Below are positions 22,523 through 34,054 of a stretch of 64,000 nucleotides of DNA, one piece after another (the first letter of the stretch is position 1; every line of letters begins with the position of its first letter). This DNA comes from Rebecca billardiae RCC1528 (taxonomy: Eukaryota > Protista > Haptophyta). The notes beneath the pieces are model-generated. The model was not told the origin of the DNA. It saw only the letters and a program-made list of their open reading frames with translations, and did not search any database. The position numbers and the translations under genes are program-made. The stretch is taken from assembly GCA_965240325.2 (NCBI GenBank), contig OZ251234.1, positions 1,984,001 to 2,048,000 of the forward strand. The letters run 5' to 3'.

Positions 22523-23809
22523 ATGCGCGAGCGCGCGGCGTGTGCGGCGGGTTTGGCCTTCATGGCGGTGCTCCGCAGTGCGCTTGTCCTACTGGTGATC
22601 GGCCGTGCACCGGCAGTGAGCACCACCAGCGCAGAGAACAGCACGGCTCACTGTGACCAGAGCATCGCGCAAGCAGCAGCCGCGCGCGGAAACAGCACTG
22701 CTCACTGTGCCCAGAGCTTTGCGCAGGCAGCAGTCGCGCGCGCGGAACTCCGCCGGCGCTTCAGCGCAACGCGCCCCGATGGCGTGGTTGTGCACACGCT
22801 TGACAGCTGTTCGAAGCAGGCGTTGCACGCGCGGCCATCCAACGAGACAGCGTTCTACGAGCCGTCAGCCCTCCATGCGTACGTGCGGGCCTGTGTACAT
22901 GCTCTTGTCGACCACATGCCCAGTTGGGTCCACGGCTGCCTCCTGCACTCCACGCTGCCCGCGAACGCGTACACGACACACGAGCCGTCGCCAATGCAAT
23001 TTGGCTGGGTGTTCAACAAGCTGAAATCAAACCAGCGGCACGAGGCGTACCCCAACGATTCGTACGGCCGCGGCCACTGGCTGGCGCGGAGGTGCGCCCG
23101 GAATGAGACCGGCCCCGCCGACTATGCCCGATCCCGGCTGGACGCGCTCCGCGTCATCAACACAAGCGCCGCGCTCCGCGCCGCCAGGAGCAGCGCCGCG
23201 CGCGAGCCGTTGAGCGAGCTTCGGAGCAGGGCGGACGAATACATGCGCATCTTCATCAAGCCCAAGCATGCGAACTGCCACCACAGGGACTGGGAAGCCA
23301 TGATGGGGCGGCAGCGCGCCTTTGTCGACGCGGCCGCGCACGAGTACCCGGACGCCCAGCTGCCGTTCGGCAGCATGTACAACGAGGTACACGTGCAATA
23401 CAAGCTTGCCGACATCGCTGCCGTGTTCTACTCGCGGCCATCAGGCTCGGCGGCGTCCAGCGCGGTGGTGGGCGCCGCGTGCACCGCCGCGCGCGCGCTC
23501 GCCGACGCGCGCGGCGAACGCATGCCACTGCCTGTGGTCGCACTGCGGCTCAGCAAGGAGGAGAGCACGTTCCCGAGTGCCGCGCTCCGTGGGATGAAGC
23601 AAAGAGCTGTGGTGGCGGAGCGTGTGGCACGGCCCACGTTGACGCGGAACGCCTCGGCATGGGGCCTTGCCATGAATACGATGAGCAGTTCTACTGCTTC
23701 TGGTGACGCTGGTGACGACGGTGCCAGTGCCGTCAGCAGATCCGCGGATGCGCTCGACATCTTCGACCTGCCACGGTGGTACGACGTCGATGCTGCCTGT
23801 GACTTGTGA
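22523..23809 (+). CDS. Secreted hypothetical protein, 428 aa
   Basis: Intronless ORF with a signal peptide (MAVLRSALVLLVIGRAPA), an 18-aa tandem duplication NSTAHCxQSxAQAAxAR, and a globular region containing YNEVHV...IAAVFY. Confidence 0.7.
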   Translation: MRERAACAAGLAFMAVLRSALVLLVIGRAPAVSTTSAENSTAHCDQSIAQAAAARGNSTAHCAQSFAQAAVARAELRRRFSATRPDGVVVHTLDSCSKQALHARPSNETAFYEPSALHAYVRACVHALVDHMPSWVHGCLLHSTLPANAYTTHEPSPMQFGWVFNKLKSNQRHEAYPNDSYGRGHWLARRCARNETGPADYARSRLDALRVINTSAALRAARSSAAREPLSELRSRADEYMRIFIKPKHANCHHRDWEAMMGRQRAFVDAAAHEYPDAQLPFGSMYNEVHVQYKLADIAAVFYSRPSGSAASSAVVGAACTAARALADARGERMPLPVVALRLSKEESTFPSAALRGMKQRAVVAERVARPTLTRNASAWGLAMNTMSSSTASGDAGDDGASAVSRSADALDIFDLPRWYDVDAACDL

Positions 23810-23952
23810 GTGTGAGTGACGACTGAGACTCGGCCTCACACCCTTCGTGAGTCGGGCCCGCCGGTCCTGAGCCTTAGAGTTAGAACTACGCCTACGGCAC
23901 TGGGCCTGCGTGGAGTGCCCGGCTCGGACGAGTCGGACGGCCGTTCGTCCCC

Positions 23953-24695
23953 GGCTCCGGCTTCATCGGTCCGCACTCCCCCCCTGACACTTATTGGGCC
24001 CCCATACTAATAATAACTAGGCCCCAGTCCGGTCACTGGAGCGTTACATCTTGACACTGCGTCTGTCAGACTCTGCGAGACGAGTGCGAGTCTGCCGAAT
24101 CGGCGTGATCGCTGCCTCTGAAGCAGTGATCTAACTATGCATGACGATACAATACTCGTCAATAGCTCCGCCTAGACCACGGTCACCCAGGCAGGTCCCT
24201 TATTGGACTCGCATATTACGGCCAGATTTAGGTGCCGATGCGGATCATCAGCCCCGAGCCCGACCTCCAATTATTGACACTTCACACTCTATTATATAAC
24301 TAAATACCCAGTCCGGATGCGGGATGACCTTTTCGCATATGTATCATACACTGTTAATACAGCCTACAGGTGTCCGGCCACGCTCCCTAGTCCCTGACTG
24401 TGCTGAAATCTGAGTAATAAGGGACGGGAAATTATTACCGATCGTGAAAATATAGAGTCTGAACCTATTGGGAGAATGGGAGGTGGTCTGGATGCGATTC
24501 ATTAACATTATTTCTCGTTGAAGTCATCAAACGGGGGTCGGAACTCACAGGAAGGGACTCTGCTGCATGGTCCGCTAGGCGGGCGCCGCCGCTACGGTGG
24601 TTGACTGAGTCGGCTCGGGGCCGCAAGACGTAACCGGTAACGGAGCTGGGGGGGGGGGGGGGGGAGAGGGTGGGACCGGAGCCTCAGCCGGAGCC
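23953..24695. mobile_element. MITE-like element, copy 2, heavily disrupted by small insertions
   Basis: 24520-24695 aligns to 16489-16950. The left end GGCTCCGGCTT...AGTCCG.TCAC...GGAGCGT matches 16266-16340. Confidence 0.45.
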
Positions 24696-24847
24696 CCCCG
24701 GAGACGCGGAGTCGCTGCCAGTCAGCGGCCAGTCGGAGCTGCAGTCGTTGATCACATCTTAGGTCACTTAGTAGGAGGCGCTGACTGACGCCAGCTTCCG
24801 GACTGAGACGCAGCGTCTTCGTCCAAGTCCAAGACCCCAACGGCACG

Positions 24848-26949
24848 ATGGCGCCGCCCGGCGGCACAACGACCCCATCATGGCTCGACGCGTCGAGCGT
24901 GGCCGTGGGCGCGACGGCGACGGTTGCGGCCGCCGTCGCGCTCAGGCGGCTGGACGAGGAGCTCCTCCTCTCCTCCGACCTGAGCTACCTGCTCAGGATC
25001 AAGCTGATCGTCACGAAGCTGCGCGAGGCTGAGCGCCGCTCGCTCACGCTTGCAGACACGTGGGAGGCGACGGCCGCGGAGCTCGGCGACAAGGAGGCGC
25101 TGGTTTCCGTCTCGGACTCGTCGTCGCGCACGTTCGCCGAGCTCGACGCCGAGGCCGACGCCTTTGCGCGCTGGCTCGCGAGCCGCGGCTTCGAGCCGCG
25201 CGACGTGGTTGGGCTGCTGCTCCCTTCGGCTCCGGCGTTTGTCGTCGCGTTGCTCGGCGCCGCCAAGCTCGGCTGCGCCGCGGCGCTGCTCGGGCCCGAG
25301 CTGCGCAAGGAGGGGCTGCTGCACGCGGCCCACGCGGCCGGCTGCAAGGCCATCGTGCACGCGCGCGACGGCGCCATCGCCCTCGCGGTCGCAGACGTCG
25401 CGTCCGAGCTCGTGAGCGCAGGCATCCGGCTGTACATGCTCAGCCCAACGGCGGACGCGCCCGGCGCGCAGCCGGGGGAGGGCGCGGCACGCGGGAGTCC
25501 TCCCGGTGGCGGCGAGCTCGCGCGGCGGCGGCGCGCCGCCGGGCTCGGCCCGTCCGACGTGTGCTGGCTGATCTTCACCTCCGGGACCACGGGTCTCCCA
25601 AAGGCGTGCGTGCTCAGGCACTACCGCGCGCTCGCGCTGTCGTGCATGCCCGCGGCCGCGTTCGGGCTGCGGCGCGCGGACAGGCTGTACGTGGCGCTGC
25701 CGCTGCACCACACGTCGGGCTGCGCGGCGGGCATCGGCTCGATGATCCAGCTCGGCTGCACCGTCCTGCTGCGCGCGCGCTTCTCCCCGAGCCACCTCTT
25801 CGCCGAGTGCGCGCGGCACCGCGCCACCGCGCTGCAGTATGTCGGCGAGCTGTGCCGGTTTGCGCTCGCGACGCCGCCGTCGGCCGCGGACCGCGCGCAC
25901 GCGGTGCGCCTCGCGTTCGGCAACGGGCTGCGCGCGGAGGTGTGGCGGCCGTTCCGCCAGCGCTTCGGCGTGCCCGAGATCGGCGAGTTCTACGGCTCCA
26001 CTGAGGTGCGGCGTGTGCACGCGCTCTCCCCGCGCGCCCTCGCAGCCGGGAGGCGCGCGCGGCGCGCGCGCGGCACGGCAACGGCTTGAGGGCTGAGTGC
26101 GCGTGGCATGCGCGGCGCGCACGCGCGCGCCGCGCCGCGCCGCAGGGCAACATTGGCTTCACGACGCACGACGTGAGCGGCGTCGGCCCGGGCGTCGGCG
26201 CGGTCGGGCGCGCGGGCTGGTTGCAGCGCGCCGCGCGTGGCTTTCTGATCGTCCGCACGAGCTCAGACGGGGAAGGCCTGCTGCGCGACGCCGCCACGGG
26301 CCGGTGCGTGCCGTGCGCGCGCGGCGAGGCCGGCGAGCTGCTCGGCCGGATCAGCGCGCGGCACGCCGAGCGCTTCGAGGGGTACACCGACGCGGAGGAC
26401 ACGCAGCGCAAGATCGCGCGAGGCGTGCGCGCGCCCGGAGACGCCTTCTTCCGCACGGGCGACCTCCTGCGGCACAGCCCGGACGGTTATTTGTACTTTG
26501 TCGACCGGCTGGGCGACACGTTCCGGTGGCGCGGCGAGAACGTGAGCACGGCGGAGGTGGGCGCGGTGCTCGAGGGCGTGGCGGGCGTGCTCGAGGCGAG
26601 CGTGTACGGCGTGCCGCTGCCGCACTCGGACGGGAAGGCGTGCATGGCCGCCGTGCTCACGCGCGACGGAGCCGCGCCCGACCTGCGCGCGCTCGCGGCC
26701 GCCGCGCGCGACCGCCTGCCGCCGCACGCTCGGCCGCTCTTCGTGCGCCACGTAGCCCACCTCACGCGCACGCACACGTTCAAGCAGCGCAAGATCGAGC
26801 TGGTCGAGGAGGGCTTCGACCCCGCGCGCGTCGCGGCGGCGCCCGACGGCACCGCCCGCCTGTGGTGCTGGGCGCGCGAGCGCGGCGCGTTTGAGCCGCT
26901 CGGCGAGAGCGTGCATCAGCGCATCCTCGCGGGCGAGATGCGGTTCTGA
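24848..26949 (+). CDS. FATP: FATP/SLC27-type very-long-chain acyl-CoA synthetase; exons 24848-26005, 26146-26949
   Basis: IFTSGTTGLPKA AMP-binding motif, LPLHH, QYVGELCRF, FGNGLR, EFYGSTE|GN, and the FATP signature DRLGDTFRWRGENVST. Confidence 0.93.
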
Positions 26950-27580
26950 GACTGAGTCGTTATCTTATTAATAAATAACGTAGTAGTCGTACTACAGTAG
27001 TATCGTCGTCATACTGCTGACGACAGTCGTCGACACCCGGAGGCGCGTGTAGTTATATCAGTTGACATTATGATGATTATTCATATATCGTCGTCATCAT
27101 CACATTATTGTCATTGTGGCCGCAGTCGTAGCACGCGCGGGTCGCGCGGCGCGCGCGTGCGCTCTTCGCGTACGCGCGCGCACGTGTGGCCGCCTTCCGG
27201 CAGCACGGTGTGGCCGGCGGCGGCTGCCACCCTGGCCTCCGGCGCAGCTCGGCAGTGCCGAGCTCGTGGCCGGGACCGGAACCCTCCGGGAGCGCCCGAT
27301 CTGCGTGCGCACTGGATCCACAGCCTGGACGAGTGTGCGAATGGCGGAATGTGTCACCTTGTGCTGCGGCGTCTCAAGACGCAGCGCCCACACGCTGCGG
27401 CGTCTGTGACAGCCGTCCTGCTGATGACTGCCGCCCGCCCCCAGCACCCCGCGGCGTGCTCTGCGCGCGGACGCTGGCTGAGCGGGCCTGTGCCTGGGGG
27501 CGGCGACGGGCCCGGACGCGGAGGCGCCACACGCGCGCCTCCGCGCCGGCGGCCTGCGCTGCCGCGGCCTCGCTCCGAGG

Positions 27581-28872
27581 CTACGCATCCACGCGCAGCG
27601 CCGAGGGCAGCGGCGAGGGCAGCGGCGAGGGCAGCGGCGAGGGCAGCGGCGAGGGCAGCGGCGACGCCCCGTGCGAGGACGGCGTCCCGGCGTAGTGGAG
27701 CGCCGCGGCCGGCGACGTGTGCGGTCGCAGCTCGTGCACCGCGGTGGGTGAGCCCGCAGGCGAGCCGGCGCGCAGATACTCATATGGGCGCAGCTTGACT
27801 GTCAGGTTGGAGCCCAGCGCGCTCGCGCTCGCCTGGTGCGAGCGCGAGAGCTGGATGCGCAGGTCGATGTCTGGCACGACGCGTCCCATGCTCTCCTGCG
27901 CGCGCGCGCGGCACGCGGGCCGTCGGCGCCGGGGCTCTGGTCAGCGCAAGCGCACCAACCTGCACCCCACGCCCAGACAAACCGCGCACGCACCACACAC
28001 GCACACGCACACGCACAGCCAGCCCCTCTCGCGCCCCGTGCGCCGCGCGCGCCCGTCCTCCCCTCGCGCCCGCACACGCGCGCGCACAGCCAGCCCCGTC
28101 CGCGCACCTTGCGCCACGCCAGCCAGTCCTTCCTGTCCTTGGTCGCGTCAAACAGCGAGACCCTCGCCCCCGGGAACAGCTCGCGCGCGACGGTCGTGCC
28201 GAGCGGGTAGTTCTGCTTGAGGTGCGTCTCCTTGTCGAGCGACTCGTTCACGATCGGCACGATGTTCACGATCTGCATCCGGCCGCTCGCGTCCACCTGG
28301 AACTCCCAGTCCTTCCGGTACTCGTCCTCGTCAGGCTCTGGCAGCTCCTCGCCCGGCGCCGTCCAGTCGTACCCGACAAAGTCGACCTTGCGCGGCGGGA
28401 CGGCGTCCTTCTTCTTCTGCATGAGCATGGCCGCGACGTTGCGCTTCCGCTCGAGCGACGTCCGGTCGCCGCCGTGCACCGTGAGCGGGCGCGGCGTGAC
28501 CACTGGCTTGAGCATCGTCTCGCGGCCGCCAAAGCTGCGCTCCGCCATGTGCACGCGCGGCGGCGTCGTGAGGATGTTGCGCCGGTTAAGGATGGAGTGC
28601 TCGTCGTGGAGGCGCATGTTGCATCGGCCTGTCACCACGCGCTCGCGAGCGTGGCGGTAGCCCACGTGCCCGAGCAGCGCGGGCGACGAGTACGCGCGCG
28701 CCGCGAGCAAGCCATCCGGGCGCGACCAGGTCGCGGACGCGCCGCTTGTCGGGCCGGACTCCCACTTCCAGCTGCTGCCGGTCGCGCCGAAGCCGGTTCT
28801 GGTGGCGGGCTCGGAGGCCGAGAGCGTCATCGTCGGCACCGGCGAGATCGACGCGCGCGGCGCGCCCGTCAT
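27581..28872 (-). CDS. Hypothetical protein, about 359 aa; exons 28872-28108, 27895-27581
   Basis: Strong coding-like composition. AAG|GTGCGC...GCAG|GAG splice is in frame. C-terminal (SPLP)n comes from a 12-bp tandem repeat at 27603-27662. Confidence 0.6.
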
Positions 28873-29077
28873 CGCCGAGCCGCGCCGTGGCGAAGCGCCT
28901 CGAGTTCCGGCAGCCCGAGTTGACGTGATTCGGGTTGCTTCCCGCTTTGCGGGTCCGTCAGGGGTCCCTTTTTCCGTAGCAAGCGTGTGCAAGTCTGGTA
29001 GGTCGTTACACGTTCTTAGGCCGGCCGCGCCGGCTTCGGCGACGACTTCAGACTGACGAAGAGTTCCGCCGGTGAAA

Positions 29078-30127
29078 ATGGCGGCCCGCGGCACCAAGCG
29101 GCCGCGGGACGCACCGTCGAACGCATGGCCCGGGCTGCAGCAGGCGCTGAGCGAGGTGGTCAAGGCGGCACGAGACTCGGGCGAGCAGCTCACCAAGACC
29201 ATCGCCGTCGTGCGCGCTCTGCGGCGCACGCCGTGCGCCAGCTTTGCCGTGAACACAACGCCGGAGCGGCGGATGATTGGCCAGCTCACGCGCGCGCTGG
29301 ACTACGAGTGGGCATCGGGCGCGAGCCGGCGTGGAGAGAAGTCAGACGAGCGCGCTGACATCGCCCCTTCCGACGTGCGCGGCCCTCCTGAGCGCGTTGC
29401 CCGCTCGCCGCCTCCGCAGCCCGCCGAGCTACGTGCTCGGCTGCGCGCGAGCGCGCATGCAGGCTGGCTCGAGGAGTTGACCAGCCGTGGCGCGGTGCGG
29501 CTGCCGGGCGTGCTCACCCCAGGCGAGTGCGCGCGCACGCTCGATGCGTTCGCCGCGGCCAACGCCGCGGGCACGCTGCCGCCCGTCACGCGGCTGCGCG
29601 AGTCCAAAGGCAACGGCAGCAACGGCTTCTACTGCTACTACGCCGACGAGACGGTCGCAAGCGTGCGGCAGGCGCTCTACGACGCGCTGGTCGACGCCCA
29701 CGCCAGCGCAGGCCCGTCGAACGGCGCCGCGCCTCACGCGCCGCGCCTCCCGCCGCTCGGCGCGGGCGGCGCGCGCGACGCGTCCATCCTCCTCGCGTAC
29801 GGCGCCGGGGGCGAGAACTTTGCGCACCGCGACCAGGCGGCCTTCCCGCTCCAGGCAGTCGTGCTGCTCTCGCGCCCCGGCCTCGACTTCGACGGCGGCG
29901 GCTGCCTGTACGTGGTGCGTGACGGGCCGCCGTTCGATCGGCACGTCGTGCCGTGGGGCACGGCCGCCGGCGACGCGGTGCTCTTCTGCTCGGGCGGCGG
30001 CACAAGGAGCGGCGCGGGCAGCCCCACTGCGGAGCGCGCGGCGCTGCTCCCCAACGTGCGGCACGGGATGACGCGCATTGGCACCGGCCAGCGCGTCGCG
30101 CTCGGCATCTGCTTCAACGGCCGTTGA
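29078..30127 (+). CDS. 2OG-Fe(II) oxygenase, Oxygenase-NA/DUF2086-like
   Basis: LLAYGAGGENFAHRD (HxD), FPLQAVVLLSRPGLDFDGG, GDAVLF, and VRHGMTRIGTGQRVALGICF (distal His and 2OG-binding Arg). Confidence 0.8.
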   Translation: MAARGTKRPRDAPSNAWPGLQQALSEVVKAARDSGEQLTKTIAVVRALRRTPCASFAVNTTPERRMIGQLTRALDYEWASGASRRGEKSDERADIAPSDVRGPPERVARSPPPQPAELRARLRASAHAGWLEELTSRGAVRLPGVLTPGECARTLDAFAAANAAGTLPPVTRLRESKGNGSNGFYCYYADETVASVRQALYDALVDAHASAGPSNGAAPHAPRLPPLGAGGARDASILLAYGAGGENFAHRDQAAFPLQAVVLLSRPGLDFDGGGCLYVVRDGPPFDRHVVPWGTAAGDAVLFCSGGGTRSGAGSPTAERAALLPNVRHGMTRIGTGQRVALGICFNGR

Positions 30128-30964
30128 TGGTGGGGGTCTGGGGGTGGGTGGGTTCAGACGCGACGAGATGCGAGCAGCCGCCTGCATGCCACTTTTGATG
30201 TACATGCGATGATGACGATGGAAGCCTGATGGCGTCTACGCGGCCACGCCGCACCCGCCACGGCCACGCGGCGGGCACGCGGCCACGCCCACGGCCGCCG
30301 ACCACGGGCGTTCCGGTGACGACTGTTAATGCCAGGCACATAGCGCGCGATAGCGAATTGCCGTATTTAGTGCGGGCTAGCCTACTGCTACGACAATGGT
30401 ATCAGATGACTGAGACGGTACAGTATCATGTCATAATTTATCGGACTCGGTACCGCGCGCCGTGTAGGGACCGTACTCACAGTGAGTGATGATGGCCCGG
30501 GCGTGAACTGCCCGCACGTAGGCGCGTACTCGGCGTGAGTGGTCCGCGTTGGTGTCATCGCCAAGTCATGATCGAGCCACGAGCCACGCCGCATCCGGAC
30601 CGGCGGGTTGCGGGCGGCGCGGAGGACCGGAGCCGGAGGTGCTGCCACGCGGCCTCGTCGACGGGCCTCGTGGTCCTGAGTGGTGCGGACACAGAGTGCC
30701 AGCGTAGATATGTGCACGCATGTAGAAAGTACAGGCTGCGGGACGATCGGTTGGGGAAGACGAATGCGTAGTGCTCAATGATGGCGGGTCTGTGAGGAGG
30801 AGGAGGAGGATCTGAGTCACACGCATGCCGGGCCGCAGTGCCACGGGACGCGGCTGCAGGAAGCTGCGGTGCTGCTGCACGCTGCTGCACGAATCGCGGC
30901 GGCGGCGGCGAGCACGCACGCCCCCGAGCTGGACAGGGACTGGGGCCGCGCGCGCGCTCGGTGC

Positions 30965-31810
30965 CTACTCGGTCTTCATGCGGTTGCTCGAGTCGACGCG
31001 CGACATCGGCTTGCTCTTGCTGAAGTTGTCGTGGTAGAAGAAGCGCATGAAGAGGAAGAGCACCATCAGCACGTACGCGTAATTGAACAGGTAGCTCCAC
31101 ACGAGCTGCGGCGAGGCGCGGAAGTAGCCGATCTCGATGTACGGGTAGACGAGGGCGAAGCCGAGAAGGAACTGGGTGATCTGCATCAGCGTGATCAGCG
31201 GCTTCATCGAGATCTTGATCCCTGCCGCCGTCGCCGCGTAGTAGGCGTACATGATCGTGTGGATGAAGCCGTTGAGCAGCACAAACACGTAGATGCCCTC
31301 GTTTTTGAAGGTGATGCCGAAGTACGTGTCCCACGCGGCGCCGAAGTGGTGGAAGCCCTGCAGGAAGGAGACCGGCTTCCCCTTGAGCACGAGCCATACC
31401 GTGTCCATGTACTCCACGTACTTGGAATAGTGGAACGCGAGCGTCGAGTACCAGAACAGCTTGTTCGAGAACACCGGTGATGGGCTGACGTCCTGGTAGA
31501 GCTGTACGACGCTGTCCCCTGTGAGGTCGCGGACGAACTGCAAGTGCCCGCGGTCGAGCCCGAGCGCGGCCATCTGGCAGACGAACGCCACCAGCGAGAA
31601 GACGCACATCGCGAAGTTGTAGACGATCATGCCGTTACGGTACGCACCCTTGCGCTTGTCGACCAGTGGTGAGTGCTTGAGGATGGGCTCGAGCAGCAGG
31701 TAGCCGAGGGAGAAGTAGAGCACCTCGCCGCCGAACACGGCCGACTTCAGCTCGGGCGAGAGCAGCCAGCCCAGCGTGATCGCCGGCGCGTCCACACCGT
31801 TCGTCGGCAT
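30965..31810 (-). CDS. C18 PUFA Delta9-elongase (ELO/GNS1-SUR4 family)
   Basis: SKYVEYMDT, variant His box FLQGFHHFGAAWD typical of haptophyte Delta9-elongases, NGFIHTIMYAYY, ITLMQITQF. Closely resembles Pavlova Delta9-elongases as recalled. Confidence 0.93.
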   Translation of the reverse strand: MPTNGVDAPAITLGWLLSPELKSAVFGGEVLYFSLGYLLLEPILKHSPLVDKRKGAYRNGMIVYNFAMCVFSLVAFVCQMAALGLDRGHLQFVRDLTGDSVVQLYQDVSPSPVFSNKLFWYSTLAFHYSKYVEYMDTVWLVLKGKPVSFLQGFHHFGAAWDTYFGITFKNEGIYVFVLLNGFIHTIMYAYYAATAAGIKISMKPLITLMQITQFLLGFALVYPYIEIGYFRASPQLVWSYLFNYAYVLMVLFLFMRFFYHDNFSKSKPMSRVDSSNRMKTE

Positions 31811-32087
31811 CGCTCGAGTTGGCGCGCGTGGCGCAAATGAACGACGCCACTGAGGCGAGATGCGATGCGGCTTTACCCGGGTCCATTATCGATCCGGCTG
31901 CACACAGCCACACACAAGCGTGCGCTCCAGTCATTCGAGTGGCGTTGCGATCTCGAGATCGGAAGCTCCCCGGCCGGGGCCGGCCAAACGTCCACGGCCC
32001 CGTCCGGACGCGCACGTTCCGGACCAAATCTAAATCGCGCCACCGACCAGCAAGCGAGAGCTCTTGGACGCGAGGGCGATCGACGTG

Positions 32088-32906
32088 ATGACGCTCGTGC
32101 TGTCCCTCGTCGCGCTGGCGTTCGCGCCGGCGCCCGGCGCGGTGCCCCGCGCGGCGGCGCGCGTCGACGTGCGCATGCTGGCGTGGACCGAGCCCGACTT
32201 CGCCGGCGCCGTCGTGCGCGAGGTGCGCGACTCCACCGGCGCGGGGCTCAAGGAGGTGGTGGTCGAGGCGTCGGACGAGCTGCTGGCCGCGTACGCCGTG
32301 CCAGGCCAGTTCGTGCAGCTCCGCCCCAACCCGGACGTGAAGGCGGGATTCTTCGCGATCGCGAGTGCGCCGGGCAAGGCCGCGGCGCAGGGCACCCTCG
32401 AGTTCCTCATCAAGGAGGTCGAGGCGACCGAGTGGATCACGCGCGCGAGCGGCGGCATCGACGTGCAGATGTGCGCGCCGATGGGCAAGGGGTTCAACCT
32501 GGCGCCGCTCGACGCGGCGCCCGCGTGCAAAAACGTCGCGCTGTGTGTGGCTGGCTCGGGCATCGCGCCGATCCGCGCGGTGATCGAGGCGGGCGGCCTC
32601 GGCGTCGGGCCGTCGCGCAGCGCGCAGCTCTTCTACGGCGCGCGCACGCTCGAGACGATGGCGTACCGGGACCGCTTCGACGCGTGGAAGGCGGCGGGGA
32701 TCGAGGTGCTGCCCGTGCTCTCGCGCGCGGAGTCGCCCGACGGGTTCTCCAACGGCTACGTCCAGCGCGCGCTGGACGCCGGGCTGCTCCGCGAGCCCTC
32801 CGCCTCGGCCATCCTGCTGTGCGGCCAGAAGGAGATGGCGGAGGCGGTCAAGGCGTTCGCTGCGGGCGCGGGGATCGGCGAGGAGCGCGTGCTCACCAAC
32901 TTCTGA
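32088..32906 (+). CDS. FNR-superfamily FAD/NAD(P)-binding oxidoreductase, probably plastid-targeted
   Basis: PGQFVQL, FFAIASAP, PMGKGF, AGSGIAPIR, LFYGAR and LCGQKEM motifs, C-terminal NF; signal peptide ending ALA-FAP followed by a transit-like peptide. Confidence 0.88.
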   Translation: MTLVLSLVALAFAPAPGAVPRAAARVDVRMLAWTEPDFAGAVVREVRDSTGAGLKEVVVEASDELLAAYAVPGQFVQLRPNPDVKAGFFAIASAPGKAAAQGTLEFLIKEVEATEWITRASGGIDVQMCAPMGKGFNLAPLDAAPACKNVALCVAGSGIAPIRAVIEAGGLGVGPSRSAQLFYGARTLETMAYRDRFDAWKAAGIEVLPVLSRAESPDGFSNGYVQRALDAGLLREPSASAILLCGQKEMAEAVKAFAAGAGIGEERVLTNF

Positions 32907-33116
32907 GGCGGGGCGGCCCTGCTCTGGGAGCGCCCGGGGCTGCGGAGACGTCGGAGCAGCCAAGCCCTCTCGAGCTGCGCCGTCGCGCTCCCGCGCTCGA
33001 TGCCGTCCGAGCTGTCAGGAAGTGTGGAAGTTTCTTGCGCAACTTCCGTAATTAGCTGCGCGGGTAAACTGATGGCAAAAACGCGCGGGGAAGTGCGCCG
33101 AAGAATAGTGGCGCCG

Positions 33117-34023
33117 ATGGCGGCCACCTCGTCGCGCAAGCACGGTCGTGACGATGGGGGAGAGGAGTGGGACAGGCGCGAGGCGCACTACGACCGGCAG
33201 GCCGACGTGGGGCTGAGCCGACAAGACGCGCTCCGCCGCCGTGGCAGCGGCCCGCTGATCGCGTACAAAAAGGTGCGCGCGCGCTACGCGCGATCCATGC
33301 GCCAACGCACGCGCGCTCGCCCACGCACGGCTTCACGCCCACCTTCGTCGCGCGCGCGACCCCCTCCATCCATGTTCTGGGCATGCGTCGGCTGCGTGCG
33401 CATGCAGTTCGCGAATGCGGTCAAGCGCGACATGATCCTGCGCCGGCGCGGCATCCGACTGCTCGCGGACCTCGGCTGCGGCCGCGGCGGCGACATTGGC
33501 AAATGGTGGGACGCTCAGATCGCGCATGTGATCGGCGTGGACCTGTCGAGCGCCGAGCTGGAGGAGGCGGCGCGGCGGGAGGGCGAGATGCTCCACGAGC
33601 GACGCCGCCGCCGCGCCTTCACCGGCCGCGTCGAGTGGCACCCCTTCAACTGCGCGTGGCCCGAGCTGCGCGAGAGGCTTGCCGAGTGGCGGCGCGGCCG
33701 TCCGACCGATGCCGTCAGCTCGATGTTCGCGCTGCAGTACCTCTTCTGCGACCGGGAGACGGCGGCGTCGTTCGTGCGCACCGTCGCGGACTGCCTCGCC
33801 GACGGCGGCGTCTTCTTCGGCTGCTGCCCCGACGGCGAGGCGATCGAGCGCGCGTGCAGCGCCGGCCTGGCCGGGCTCGGCGGCCATGCTGATCACGACG
33901 GCACCAGCTTCGAGCTCACTGAGCCATTCGCTCTGCGGCTGGCGCTGAGCGGGGGCTCGGGTGCGCGCACCGGCGCGCCGCGGTCGGACGGGTGCCCGGA
34001 CGGGGGCGACCCGAAGCCCGCCG

Positions 34024-34054
<31 letters not shown>

